Positions 25,368 through 38,816 of a stretch of DNA of 64,000 nt are shown in pieces; position 1 is the stretch's first letter; each line of letters starts with the position of its first letter. The notes under the pieces were generated by a model. That model did not search any database. It had not been told where the DNA came from and saw nothing but the letters and a program-made list of their open reading frames with translations. The position numbers were made by a program, and so were the translations under genes. This DNA comes from the human T2T-CHM13v2.0 reference genome, Homo sapiens. The DNA is taken from assembly GCF_009914755.1 (NCBI RefSeq), contig NC_060926.1; one strand, written 5' to 3'.

Positions 25368-25520
25368 GAGGGTTGTTAGGTAAGAAAAAAGATGCCCAGT
25401 TAAATTTAAATTTCAGATAAACAATGGACAATTTTTAGTGTAGGTGACTTATTGTTGTTTATATGAAATTCAAATTCAGCTTGATGATCTGCGTATGTTT
25501 TGCTAAATCTGACAATCTTA
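25368..25520. mobile_element. MER53 palindromic DNA-transposon MITE, internally deleted
   Basis: agggttg...gatgcccagttaaatttaaatttcagataaacaa ... ttgtttatatgaaattcaaatt...gctaaatctgacaatctta inverted arms. Confidence 0.8.
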
Positions 25521-26324
25521 CCCTAGATATAAGAATGATACACTCTCCAGCCCCAGAAAACAATAGGTCAGGTGACAAATACTGGCTAGAAAAATGTCAA
25601 CAGAAGTAGTATGTCAACTCCAGACTGAGGTTGTGAAAAGCCCCTAGAAAATCTTCCAGCCCTTTCTTCCTCTTCCATGGCAAACACAAAGGTTTCATAT
25701 CGTATCTTATGATAAAAAAAGTATATTTATTAACTGTTATCCTCTCTTTGCGTGCCTTAAATATATATACATCTTAAAATAAATGAAAAATGCTCAACTT
25801 ATCTAATTTTTACCTTCTATTTGTCTGACTTATCTTTATTACCTTGAATTTTCTTCTCTGAATTCCCACTTGTAGGCACTGACCCACTGGCTTAATGTTG
25901 ATCCAGCAGTATAGATCATTACAGATTTCCTATCTCAAAGCCAGGGAAACAGGGAAAGACTTATGCATTAAAACCAATGGGTCTGATTAACAACATCCAT
26001 CAAATCCACAGAAGTCCCCTCCTCAGAGTGATATAAACTTAAGTTTCTTTTTTGCTTATCAAGTATGTTTAATATAAAGTTTGACATAAAATATTAGTCA
26101 TTCAGAGCAAAGCAATACTTTAATTATAAGACAAAAGTAGTACAAAATAAATAAAACTAAAGCAGTCATACTTGGCATGGAATATATAAAGTATTATTTG
26201 TTGACTAAATACCTGACTAAATTAATGAATCAACAATGAAGGAATAAAATAAAATAAGCCTACCTCGTAGAATTAACCTTTTCAGGACTGATTTCTTATG
26301 CCCATTACAAAAAAAAATATATTA

Positions 26325-26680
26325 ACCCATAGAGGCAGAGGGTAGAAGGATGGTTACCAGAGACTGAGAAGGATATTGAGAGCTTGAGGAGGAGGTAGGG
26401 ATGGTTAATGTGCACAAAAAAAATAGAATGAATAAATAAGTCCTAGTTATTTGATAGCAAAACAGGGTGACTATAGTCCGTCATAATTTAATTGTACATT
26501 TTAAAATAACTAAAAGAGTATAATTGGCATGTTTGTAATACAAAGGATAAATGCTTGGGGGGCATTGATACCCCATCTTCCACGATGTGATTATTACACA
26601 TTGCATGCCGGTATCAAAACATCTCACATACCCCATAAATATACACACCTACAATGTACCCACAAAAATTAAAAATTAAA
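26325..26680 (+). mobile_element. L1MA (L1MA2/3-like) 3' end
   Basis: gtagaaggatggttaccagag...aacagggtgactatagtc...tgtacccacaaaaattaaaaattaaaaa; possible TSD aaaaatatatt. Confidence 0.85.
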
Positions 26681-28579
26681 AATATATTTTAAGCTAATAC
26701 TATATATTCAACTCTATTGACCTACTGTAGAGCAAAGGCTGGGATTAGGGAATAATAATTAAAAATTAGTAAATTGAAATAACACCAATCCTAAGCTTTC
26801 CCCTGATTAAGGCTGAATAGAAATATCGTGAACTTTGGAGAGCTTAGCAAAGATGTAGTTTGTTTTATAGTTAGAATTGCACCAGTTGTGACGGACAATA
26901 CTTTCTTTCATATTCAGTACCAGGACTTGAAGCATGACCCATTCCTGAAAAGCCGATATGGCTTGGTGGTTAATCTAGGGACATATGTTAAATACTACAG
27001 AACGGCTCTAAAAAGGAATTTCTGAGAATTTAGGTTTTGATTTCCAGCCTAAAGATCAGATTTATAACTTGAAAATACAAGTTGGAGTGAAGTAAAGGCA
27101 GCAAATTGAAGTTAAAAACTCAGCATTATGAGAGCCAGGCTGCCAAGTCCAGTATAAACGCAGAAGAGATGGGGCAGAGCTGTGGTTCAGACTCATAGGC
27201 CTAAAGAAGGCAGGGCCCCAACTGCGATAAAAGGGTCTCTGGTTCCCTGTGCCGATGGTTTCTGTGCCAATCTAACTCTGCCTCCTCCGTGTATGGCTGC
27301 CTGCCTTTTTGATGAGCTTTAATAGAAGTAAGTTATATTTTAAAAAGATGGCCATGGCAAAGCTATACTAGAACCCTTGGCAATGTTTCTATTCTAAACA
27401 TAGAACATATATTGAGTTCAGAGTCACACTGTGACATACAGTGGCATATCTGCCTTCATGTACTCCTTCCTGTATTTATAATCACATTAATATATAGAAT
27501 ATATGAATACCATATTTTAAAGCATTTTCTTCAATATAAACCTTCAGTTTTTCTGAAAAAACTAAAAAGAAATGGAAACACTTTCAAAGACTCCTAAGTA
27601 TATTGTGGGCTTGCAAAATAGCACCTCCTAAGCCTGATGGATGTCAGCCCTGATTGTTATTCCCTGAATGCACTCCTCTTCTTTAGGATATTCATCTAAA
27701 CCAGGAAATTATTTTTCCTTGCAGAGACCCAATTAAATAGTAAGTTTCTTTAACATATCTAGAAGGGCGATTGGTGATGCCAGTGTGTTAGGGGTGGGAA
27801 GGATGAGTGTCTTTGGCAGGAAATTCACTGTGTTTAATGAGTCTGCTTTCTAATTGGAGATCGAGACTTACACACAGACATATATTCAAGATAGTGGTGA
27901 ATCACTAAATTTGTAAAAAATATAGAAATGTGATTCTCTAAATATCTTTCATGCTGACCACAATATGGATTATTATTATAATTTGAAAATATGCTGGGTT
28001 ATTGGAAGTAAGAAATTTCATATCAAAGGCCTCTAATCCTTTAAATTTTACTTGATGTTGAGTCTCCGTACTCTACCTAGAAAGGTTAATCTCCAACGCT
28101 GTAAGCAAATGTTTACTGACTTCTTCCACATGAGTTGAAGAGAGGCACAAGGAATACAACTGGCATTGACCTTCCAGTATAAAGTGGAGGTCCCCTGTCT
28201 AGGATTGTAATTAGGATTATCTTTGCCCTGGGTCCTTATCTCTCACCACAGACTCTTCTTAAATAGGAAACTCAACTATCTGGAGGACTACTCAAGTCAT
28301 TACTCAAAATTTGTTGTCCATCCCTGGGTAATTCCCTGATTAGACAATTGGATGAGTGCCAGCTGTTTTTGACATGAGTTTATTTGATAATTTATTCTTT
28401 CCTCAAAATCTTTCAGAGTATTATTTGACATAGCTTGGTAGGTTACATATGCTAGTGGTTCTCAGGTTTAGAGGTGGGGACTAGTAGCAGATATATTTTT
28501 GAAGTATTTTTTAGAGTTCTTCTCTGATCCAAACCGCTGCTGTGCACCCAACAAATAATGAGATGGGCATGGTGAAAAG

Positions 28580-29220
28580 GAGTCCAATATTTATTAATAC
28601 ACTGGCAAGGTGCTTTACACTACAACACTTCACCTCTTATGATATTTTTATGAGGTAATTACCTCTATCCTACTGAGAGTACTGAGCTTGAGTGTATTCA
28701 TGAACCTTGCTCCAATTAATATAGCAAATAAAGGAGAGAGTTGGATATCGATCGAAATTTAAGAGTTAAGAGCACACACTCTAAGCCACACTGTTTGGCT
28801 TCAAATTTAGGCTCCATCATTGATTTGCTTTTCTATTATTTTTGCCTTACTCATTCTTTCTAGCTACACTGGCATCTTTGCTGTTTATGACTCCTGTCTT
28901 CCCTTTCTGCACTTTCCGTTCCCTCCTTCTGGAACACGTTCTCAGTAGATATCCTCATGATTTATTCCCTTACCACATTTATGTCTTTGGTCAACTGTCA
29001 GCTTCATTTTGTCTATCAATAAATATTTATGGAGCACCACTATGAATTGAGCATGGTTCTAGGAACTTCAAATAAAACAGAAAACAAAACAAAAATGTTC
29101 CTGTCTTGATAAAGCTTACCTGCTAGCAGCAAAGGGGAAACAATGGCTGATTAAAAAGTAAGTCAATTATATTATATTAGAAGATGAGCATGCTGTGAGA
29201 AAAGAGAGACTGTGGGAGGT
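28580..29220. mobile_element. Cluster of MIR and L2 fragments in both orientations
   Basis: MIR-like 28580-28830; L2-like ctttctagctacactggc...ccttctggaac and caataaatatttatggagcacc. Confidence 0.55.
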
Positions 29221-30053
29221 CAGGAAAATTCATTATCAAATCACGCAATAATAATGGGACTTGTGGAGATGTCAACAGAGATTGGATAGAGGGTTTGAGG
29301 GAAATTACACTAGGATTTAGGACTTCAAAGGTTTTGGGCAAACTGATGGAATTATGAAATTTTCAATAATTTATCTTGGTTTCTATAGTTTTTCAAGCCC
29401 CTAAGACCTCCCCAGCCATGCCACCAAGGCTCTGAACTTTTCCAGAGAGGAAGTTCAGATACCCTTTAACCTAAGGTTACAAAGTCTTAAACTATGTGTA
29501 AAAGAAATTAGCTTATGTATGGTTTGATTCCCTTCCACTCAGAAAAATTAAGGGAGCAATGAAAATAATCTTGTTTAAGTAAGTTGCAAATGTTTAAAAA
29601 CTACCCACAATCCAGCAGTTAAGATAATTTTTCCCATATGAGGTGAGCAATAAGCACTGTTCATAATAATGCACATTTAATGTGAGCTGGCTACTGCTAT
29701 GAGGGTCTCATTTTATGTGTAGGTGTACTTGTGTGTAACGAAAGAGCAAGGAAGCAAAAATTAAATACACTGTGACATTAAAGATATTTCTGGAGTCATA
29801 TATTGGTAAGAATTAAAGTACAGTAATTCTTGCAAAAACGAGTTAATGCTTTTGTAAGTAATTTGTTCTCAAATGAACATGAAGACCTAACATTCAGTAT
29901 CTGCAACCAGTTTTGGCTAAAAACACATTTTTGAATGTGTAATCCAGTATACCTATATTAAGTTCTGCTTGAAGAGTTTCATTCTACTGTGATACAGGCA
30001 GGGATACCATGAAAATAATTAAAAGTAGAGGAAAAGTATAAAAAATTACTCAG

Positions 30054-30304
30054 GGCAGGGTATGGTATCTCACACCTGTAATCCCAGCACTTTGGGAGGC
30101 TGAGGTGGGTGAATCACCTGAGGTCAGGAGTTCGAGACTAGCCTGGCCAACATGGTGAAACTCCCTCTCTACTAACAAATACAAAAATTATCTAGGTGTG
30201 GTGATGGGTGCCTATAATCTCAGCTACTTGGGAGGCTGATGCAGGAGAAATGCTTGAACCCGGGAGACAGAGGTCACAGTGAGCTGAGATAAAACTGTCT
30301 AAAA
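30054..30304 (+). mobile_element. AluSx-like with a deletion near the 3' end
   Basis: tcacctgaggtcaggagttcgagac; gagctgagat joined directly to aaaactgtct; TSD aaaaattactcag on both sides. Confidence 0.92.
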
Positions 30305-31370
30305 AAAAATTACTCAGCACATTTAGTTTATCTTTCACATTTTAATAGTTAGTTCTTTGTAAATGATTTTCTACTGTAAATTTTTCTTCAGTAACTGTAT
30401 CACAATAGAAACAGCAAAGAACTGTTTTGCCCCTTATTACCTGTACCATAATTCTGAACAGGTGTAATGTAAATTCTGTCTTATAATATCCTTTCAATAT
30501 GTGTTAATTCCATCATCCTTAATAATTCCGTCATCCTTATTCCTCTACTTGAGAGTGCTGTATTAGCAGCCTGGCCCACAGTCAGATGACACCATTAAAC
30601 AGAAGGATTCTGTTTCACTCTGCCCTCAACTCTCTACTCCCCTCCCTAGTACCCTTCCCCTATCTCAATCAACCAGTCTAAAAATCAGAGGTACTTTTTG
30701 TACATAATGCCAAATATTGAAATAGGTTTTTTATTGATTTGTCACGCATTAGGTAATTTTCTAGGACACTGAGTTTATGAGGTATTTAAGCTTTGTCTAT
30801 ATCATTTCAAAGAATATATGGGAATAGATGTTTTTGATTAAATTAATTAGATATTTGGGCAAATTATATGAGGGATTGTCTGAAAACTCCTATGGGTATT
30901 TTTCTTTCCAGAGATTAGCTCTGAACAGCAGTCTATCTGTGCCCCACTAAAAACGCAAAATTTTTTTCATATTGCAAGTTTCCAAAGACTGTTTCTGGAG
31001 ATATTTTGTTAGAGGAATATCCTCCCTCATTGTATTGACATAATATTTTGCTCACATATTTATTGTAGTCTATTGGACATAATTTAAGACCGTTGGAGTC
31101 AGAATGAGATATTTTATATTCATATCACCAGCGACTCTGGAAGTGCATGTCACATAGTAGGAATGCAAAAAATGGCTGTTAAAATAAATTGGTATTTTTA
31201 TGAACTCTATCCAAATATTTTATAAGTTTCATAGTGATGTCCATTACTGGAAAGACAAAATCAATGCAGTGCTCACACAAGCAAATCAGTATTGAGTGGT
31301 GAGAGAAGACTGGTTTCCTCTCAGCTCTTTGAGACCCAAATTGATCCTCTCTCTTGGAAAACCACTATGT

Positions 31371-31425
31371 TTTTGTTGTTTTTTGTTTGTTTGGTTGGTT
31401 GTTGTTGTTGTTGTTGTTGTTTTTG
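31371..31425. repeat. (GTT)n/(GTTT) microsatellite derived from the L1 polyA tail
   Basis: gttgttgttgttgttgttgt run at the L1 3' end. Confidence 0.85.
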
Positions 31426-32837
31426 CCTTTTTTGTCCAGCTTTTATTTTAAGTTCTGGGTTACATGGGCAGGGTGTGCAGGTTTGTTGCATCAGTAAATG
31501 TGTGCCAGGGTTTGCTGCACAGATCATCTCATCACGTCGGTATTATGGCTATTAACTATTAGTTATTCTTGATGTTCTCCCTTTGCTTCCTGACAGGCCC
31601 CAGTGTATGTTCTTCCTCGCCATGTATCTCTGTGTTCTCGTCATCTGTTCCTGCATTAGTTTGCTGACAATAATGGCTTCCACCTCCATCCATGTCCCCG
31701 CAAAGGACATGATCACATTCACTTTCATGGCTGTGTAGTATTCCATGGCATATGTGTACCACATTTTATTTATTCAGCCTATCATTGATGATCATGTGGA
31801 TTGATTCCATGTCTTTGCTATTGTGAATAGTGCCGCATTGAACATACACAGACATGTATCTGCATTATATAATAACTTACATTCCTTTGTGTATATACCC
31901 TGTAACAGGATCGCTGGGCCAAATGGTATTTCTAGATATTTGAGGAATCACCACACTGTCTTCCGTGATAGTCAAATTAATTCACACTCCCACCAACAGG
32001 TTAAAAGCCTACATTTTCCTCTGCAACATCATCAGCATCTGTTGTTTCTTGACATTTTAATAACTGCCATTCTGACTGGTGTGAGATGGTATCTCATTGT
32101 GGTTTTGATTTGGATTTATCTAATGATAAGTGATGTTGAGCTTATGTTTGTTGGCCACAAGAATGTCTTCTTTTAAGAAGTGTCTGTTCATGTCCTTTGC
32201 CCACTTCTTAATGGGATTTGTTTTTTCCTTGTATATTTTGTTTAAGTTTCTTGTAGATGCTGGATATTAAACTTTTTTCAGATGGATAGATTGCGAAAAT
32301 TTTCTCCAGTTCTGTAGGTTGTCTGTTCACTCTTATGATAGTTCAATTTTCATGTAATTGTGTGGTTTTGTATTTTTTGCTGTGCAGGTCTTCAGTTTAA
32401 TTAGATTGCATTTGTCAATTTTTGTTTGTGTTGCAATTCCTTTTAGCATTTTTGCCATGAAATCTTCGCCCATGCCTATGTCCTGAATGGTATTGCCTAG
32501 ATTTTCTTCTACAGCTTTTATAGTTTTGAGTTTTATATTTAAGTCTTTCTTCTATCTTATTTTTTCTATAAAGTGTAAGGAAGGGGTCCAGTTTTAATTT
32601 TCTGCATATCGCTAGCCTATTTATTAATAAGGAGTCCTTATTAAGTAGGGAGTCTTTTCCTCGTTGCTTGCTTTTGTCAGGCTTGTTGAAGTTCAGATGG
32701 TTGTAGGTGTGCAGTCTTGTTTACGAGTTCTCTATTCTGTTCCATTGGTATATGTGTTTGTTTTTGTACCAGTACCACACTATTTTGGCCACTGTAGCCT
32801 TATAGTATAGTTTGAAGTCAGGTAGTGTGATGCCTCC

Positions 32838-32871
<34 letters not shown>

Positions 32872-35800
32872 TAGGATTGTCTTGGCTATTTGTTTTTTTT
32901 CTGTTCTCATATGAATTTTGAAATAGTTTTTTCTCATTCTGTCAAGAATGTCAATGGCAGTTTAATAGGAATAGCATCAAATCTATAAATCATTTTGGGC
33001 AGTATGGGCATTTTCACAATATTTATTCTATCCATGAGCATGAAATATTTTTCCATTTGTTTGTGTCCTCTCTGATTTCCTTGAGTATTGGTTTGTAGTT
33101 ATCTTTAAAGAGGTCCTTCACATCCCCGGTTAGCTGTATTCCTAGGTATTCTATTCTATTTGTAGCAGTTGTGAATGGTAATGCATTTACGATTTGCCTC
33201 TCTACTTGCCTGTTATTGGTATATAGGAATGCTAACAATTTTTGCACACTGATTTTGTATCCTGACTCTTTGCTGTAGTTGCTTATCAGCTTAAGGGTGA
33301 GATGATGGGGTTTTCTAGATACAGCATCATGTCATCTACAAATTAAGATAATTTGACTCCCTCTTCTCCTATTTGCATACGCTTTATTTCTTTCTGTTGC
33401 CTAATTTCCCTGGACAGAACTTCCATTACTATGTTGAACAGGAGTGGTGAGAGAGGGTATCCTCTTCTAGTGCCAGTTTTCAAGGGGAATGCTTCCAGCT
33501 TTGCCCATTCAGTATGATATTGGCTGTGGGTTTGTCATATATGGCTCTTATCATTTTGAGGTTTGTTTCAATACCTAGTTTATTGAGAGTTTTTAGCATG
33601 AAGGGATGTTGAATTTTATTGAAGGCCTTTTCTGTATCAACTGAGATAGTCATATTCATTTTGTCTTTCTTTCTTTTTATGTGATGGATTATGTTTCCTG
33701 ATTTGTATATATTAAACCAACTTTGCATCCTGGGGATGAAGCCAAATTGATTATGGTAGATAAGATTTGATGTGTTGCTGGATTCAGTCTGCCAGTATTT
33801 TATTAAGGATTTTTCATCGATGTTCATCAGGGATATTGGCCTGAAGTTTTCTTTTTTGTTGTATTTCTGCCAAGTTTTGATATCAGGATGATGCTGGCTT
33901 CCTAAAATGAGTTAGGGAGGAGTCTCTCCTTTTTGATTGTTTGGAATTGCTTAAGTAGACAAGGTACCACCTCTTCTTTATACCTCTGGTAGAATATAGC
34001 TGTGAATCCATCTGTTCCTGGGCTTTATTTTCGTTGGTAGGCTATTTATTACTGCCTGAATTTCAGAACTCATTATTGGTCTATTCAGGGTTTCAATTTC
34101 TTCGTAGGTTCAGTCTTGGGAGAGTGTATGCTTCCAGAAATTTATCCATTTCTTTTAGATGTTCTAGTTTATGTGCATAGATGTGTTTATAGTATTCTCT
34201 GATGGTTGTTTGTATTTCTGTGGGGTCAGTGGTAATATTCCCCTTATCATTTCTTATTGTGTCTATTTGATTCTTCTCTCTTTTCTTCTTTATTAGTCTA
34301 GCTAGCAGTCTATCTATTTTATTATTTTTTTTTTTCAAAAAGCCAACTCCAGGATTCATTTATTAAAAACAAGGGGTTTTTGTGTTTCTATATCCTTCAG
34401 TTCCACTATGATCTTGGCTATTTCTTGTCTTCTGCTAGCTCTGGGGTTTGTTTGCTCTTGGCTCTCTAGTTCCTTTAGTTGTGATGTTAGGTTACTGATT
34501 TCAGATCTTTCTAGCTTTTTGATGAAGGCATTTAGTGCTATAAATTTCCCTCTTAACACTGCTTTAGCTGCATCCCAGAGATTCTGGTATGTTTTCTCTT
34601 TATTCTTATTAGTTTCAAAGAACATCTTGATTTTGGCCTTAATTTCATTATTTACTCAGGAGTCATTCAGAAGCAGGTTGGATGTTCAATTTTCATGCAG
34701 TTGTGTGGTTTTGAGTGAATTTCTTAATATTGAGTTCTAATTTGATTGTGCTACTGTCTGAGAGACTATTATAATTTCAGTTCTTTTGCATTTGCTGACT
34801 GGTGTTTTACTTCAGATTATGTAATTAATTTTGGCATAAGTCACATGTGGCACTGAGAAGAATGTATATTCTGTTGTTTTGGGTAGAGATTTCTGTAAGT
34901 GTCTATCAGGTCCACTTGATCCAGAGCTGAGTTTAAGTCCTGAATATCTTTGTTAATTTTCTGTCTCAATGATCTGTCTAATATTGTCAGCGGGGTGTTA
35001 AAGTCTCCCACTATTATTGTGTGGGAGTCTAAATATCTTTGTAGGTCTCCAAGATCTTGCTTTATGAATCTGGGTGCTCCTGTGTTGTTTGAATATATAT
35101 TTAAAATAGTTAGCTCTTCTTGTTGAATTCAATCCTTTACCATTAGGTAATGCCCTTGTTTGTCTTTTTTTATCTTTGTTGGTTTAAAGTCTGTTTTGTC
35201 AGAAACTAAGATTGCAACTCCTGCTTTTTTCTGTTTTCCACTTGTTTGGTAAATTTTCCTCCAACCCTTTATTTTGAGCCTATATGTGTCTTTGAATGTG
35301 AGATGGATCTTTTGAAGACAGCATACCAAAGGTTCTTGACTCTTTATCCAGCTTGCCATTCTGCGTTTTTTAATTGGGACATTTAGCCCATTTACATTTA
35401 AGGTTAATATTGTTATGTGTAAATTTGGTTCTGTCATCATGATGCTAGCTGGTTATTTTGCAGACTTGTTTATGTGGTTGCTTCATAGTGTCACTGGTCT
35501 GTGTGCTTACATGTGTTTTTGTAGTGGCTCGTAACAGTTTTTACTTTCCATATTTAGTGCTTCCTTCAGTAACTCTTGCAAGCCAGGCCTGGTGGTGACA
35601 CATTTCTTCAGCATTTGCTTGTCTGAAAAGGATCTTATTTCTCCTACACTTATGAAGCTTAGTTGGGTTGGATATGAAATTCTGGGTTGGAAATTCTTTT
35701 CTTGAAGAATGTTGAACATTGGCCCCCACTCTCTTCTGGCTTGTAGGGTTTCTGCTGAAAAGTCTGCTGTTAGCCCAAAAGGCTTCCATTTGTCAGTGAC

Positions 35801-36784
35801 CTGGCCTTTCTCTCTTGGCTGCCCCTAACATTTTTTCTTCATTTCAACCTTGGAGAATCTGAGGGTTATGTGCCTTGGGGTTGATCTTCTCATGGACTAT
35901 CTTACTGGGGTTCTCTGGATTTCCTGAATTTGAATGTTGGCCTGTCTTTCTAGGTTGGGGAAGTTCTCCTGGATGATATCCTGAGGTATGTTTTCCAAAT
36001 TGGTTTTGTTCTCCCCATCTCTTTCATGTACCCTAGTCAGTTGTAGGTGTTGTCTTTTTACATTATGCCGTATTTCTCAGAGATTTTATTTCTTCCTTTT
36101 TATTCTTTTCTGCATGTTTTATTTCAGAAAGATAGTCTTCAAGCTCTGAGGTTTTCTCCTCTGCTTGGTCTAATCTGCTATTGATATTTGTGATTGCATT
36201 GTGAAGTTCTTGTGTTGTGTTTTTCAGCTCCATGCAGTCAGTTATGCTCTTCTCTAAACTGGCTATTCTGGTTATCAGTTCCTGTATTGTTTTATTATGA
36301 TTGTTAACATCTTTGTATTGGGTTAGAACATGCTCCTTTAGCTCAGGAAAGTTTATTATTACCCACTTTCTGAAGCCTACTTTTGTCAGTTCAGCCATCT
36401 CAGCCTCAGCACAGTTCTGTACCCTTGCTGGAGAGGTGTTGTGGCCATTTGGAGGAGAAGAGACACTCTGGCTTTTTCAGTTTTTAGTGATTTTGCATTC
36501 ACTTTTTCTCATTTTTGTGGGCTTATCTATCTTTGATCTCTGTGGTAGCTGACCTTTGAATGGGGTTTTTGTGGGGTCCTTTTTGTCAATGTTATTATTG
36601 CTTTTTGTTTGTTTTTAACAGTCAGGCCACTCTTCCATAGGACTGCTGCAGTTTGCTGGGGGTCTGCTCCAGACTCTAGTTGCCTTGGTCCCTCCTGTAC
36701 CTGGAGGTATCACCAGTGAAGCCTCTGAAATAGCAAAGACAGCAGCCTGCGGACTGCAGTTGCTTCTAACCAGTCATCTTGGCC
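31371..36784 (-). mobile_element. Near full-length, inactive primate L1 (L1PA10-13-like)
   Basis: ORF1 remnants (36063-36398, 35507-35719 KNFQPRISYPTQLSF), endonuclease N-terminus (35129-35440 HITILTLNVNGLN), further ORF2 fragments (33480-33827, 33023-33247), 3'UTR and (CAA)n-decayed tail, 5' terminus ggccaagatg; many stops and deletions. Confidence 0.95.
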
Positions 36785-38503
36785 AACCATTACTGTATTT
36801 TTTTCAGTTTTAGAGAGGTCTATGCCTTTATTTCAGACTTAGCCATATATCTCAACCTATATTTTTATTTAGATTGCAGGGAAAATGCTAACAAATGATT
36901 TTGAATAAGTGTGAAATAATCAGTAGAGATAGTAAAAAAATATAAATTAAGGGTACTGCATAATCAAATACATGATTCTGACAAAGTCAACCCTTACAAG
37001 AATTCTGTCATCACAAAGCATATTTCCATGGTCTCTGGGACCACCTTCCTCTCTCAGAACTCACTGCTTCAGGTTTGCAGGGCTCTAATAGTGTGTTCCA
37101 AAGATATTGAAATATTGGAAACTATAGTTTTCCAATACTTAAATTGTTCATGATCTTTCAAAACAGACAACTTTGGACTTCAGTGACGTCAGGTCCTATT
37201 TTTTGTTTTTTTGGCATACTAAAAATTTTTAATTATTTTAAAAACAGAAAAGCTTAGAAACTAAGAGAAAAGAGTAAATAGTAAACAAATCCATGTTATT
37301 TCCTTCCACTTCAGATTTATTAGTGATTGGATTTGAAAATTATTTACTACGATGTAGGAGGAAAGTCAGACATATTTGGAAGGCTGCTTTTAAAACATAG
37401 AAAACTATATAAGGAGGCAAAATGGGAGAATATTTGTTAAGTCATCCCAACTTGTCAATGATTGTTCAGCATAAACAAACAAAAAATAAATAAGCTTAGA
37501 TTTGGCCACTTTCCTGCTCTTGGGCATTAAATGTCAGTCATTTTTCACTGAGTTGTAGTCAACAATATGTAAGTCACACCAGCTGCATATATCTAGCCAT
37601 GGCACTTATTTTCAGAGTCTAATTAGTCAAATTCTGATGGATTTCCTGAGTGCTATGGGTAACACAGAAACTCAGGTAAGAAAGATAGGCTATGTGCATG
37701 CTTGTTTGTTTGTTTGCTTCTTTTAATTGGCATGGTATGGCAAAACATCAAATAAACTCACCCATAATTTTAGTTAAATGCTTTTTACCATACCTCTTTC
37801 TAACATAAATCTGCATGTTCTGCTTAGTACTGCAAATAAAATCACCCATAATTCTAGTTAAAAGCTTTTTAGTGTACATCCTCCTACTACATGTTACTTA
37901 ATATTCTTTAGTATAATTAAAATCTAATTCCCTTTGAAAATTTTGGACTACTTTACTACTTCCTTGTCCATTTTGTTATCCAAGGTGAAATAATATTAGA
38001 AAATTATTTTCCAAAATCTCTTCCTCCAAAAGGAGAGAAAAAGTTATTTGATTGTTGAGGATGCAAAAAGGCTCTTTCTGGTTCTGCTTCCCTGCAGCCC
38101 TCAGTTTACCCAGCCCCTCTAATGGAAACATGCTTGGGTAGGCATTCACTATTCTCTACACATCCCAATGCAGGCAGCAGTCCCAAAATTAAAGCTAAGG
38201 AACTACATTAAGAAATATAGTTTAGACACAGATTTAAACCACATCACTCAATGCAGCTTTTTTTCTTTTTTAGTTGAAGCTGGTATTTTAACCTACATTA
38301 TATACAATTTGTGTCATGTTCTCAATTGATTTGGAACACAGGGGGCTAAGAAGGGGTGTTTGTAATTATTACCCACAAACCACAATAGAAATTGAAAAAA
38401 AGTAATCCCATAGGCATATAACTTAAAAATCACAGGATAAAATCATATGTGTACCACCCTTGCAAAGAACAGGCATCACATGTTTTTATTTATTTATTTG
38501 GAT

Positions 38504-38816
38504 AGAACTGCATTGTTCAATATACTAACCTCTAGCCACAAGTGGCTATTGAGTATTTCAAACATGAATGCTACGAAGTGAGATGTGCTGACAGTGTAAC
38601 ACACACCAGATTATAAAAACTTGGTTAATAAAAAGTAAAATAGCTCAGTAATTTTTATATTGGTTACATGCTGAAATGGCAATATTTTAGATATGTCAGA
38701 TTAAATAAAATCTATTATTAAAATTAATTTTACCTGTTTCTTTTTTTCTTCTATATTGTAGCTGCTAGAAAATTAAAAATTCAAAATGTAGCTTACATTT
38801 TATTTCCATTAGACAG
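38504..38816 (-). mobile_element. MER33 (hAT-Charlie MITE)
   Basis: ctagccacaagtggctattgagta...gagatgtgctg...attaaaattaattttacctgtttc...ccattagacagc. Confidence 0.85.

Noticed and set aside
31321-31527. Poly-Q / poly-C ORFs
   Set aside because: Translation of the (CAA)n microsatellite in an L1 tail
31823-36398. ORFs with L1 ORF1, endonuclease and RT similarity
   Set aside because: They are fragments broken by stops, frameshifts and deletions; the L1 is dead and these are not CDSs
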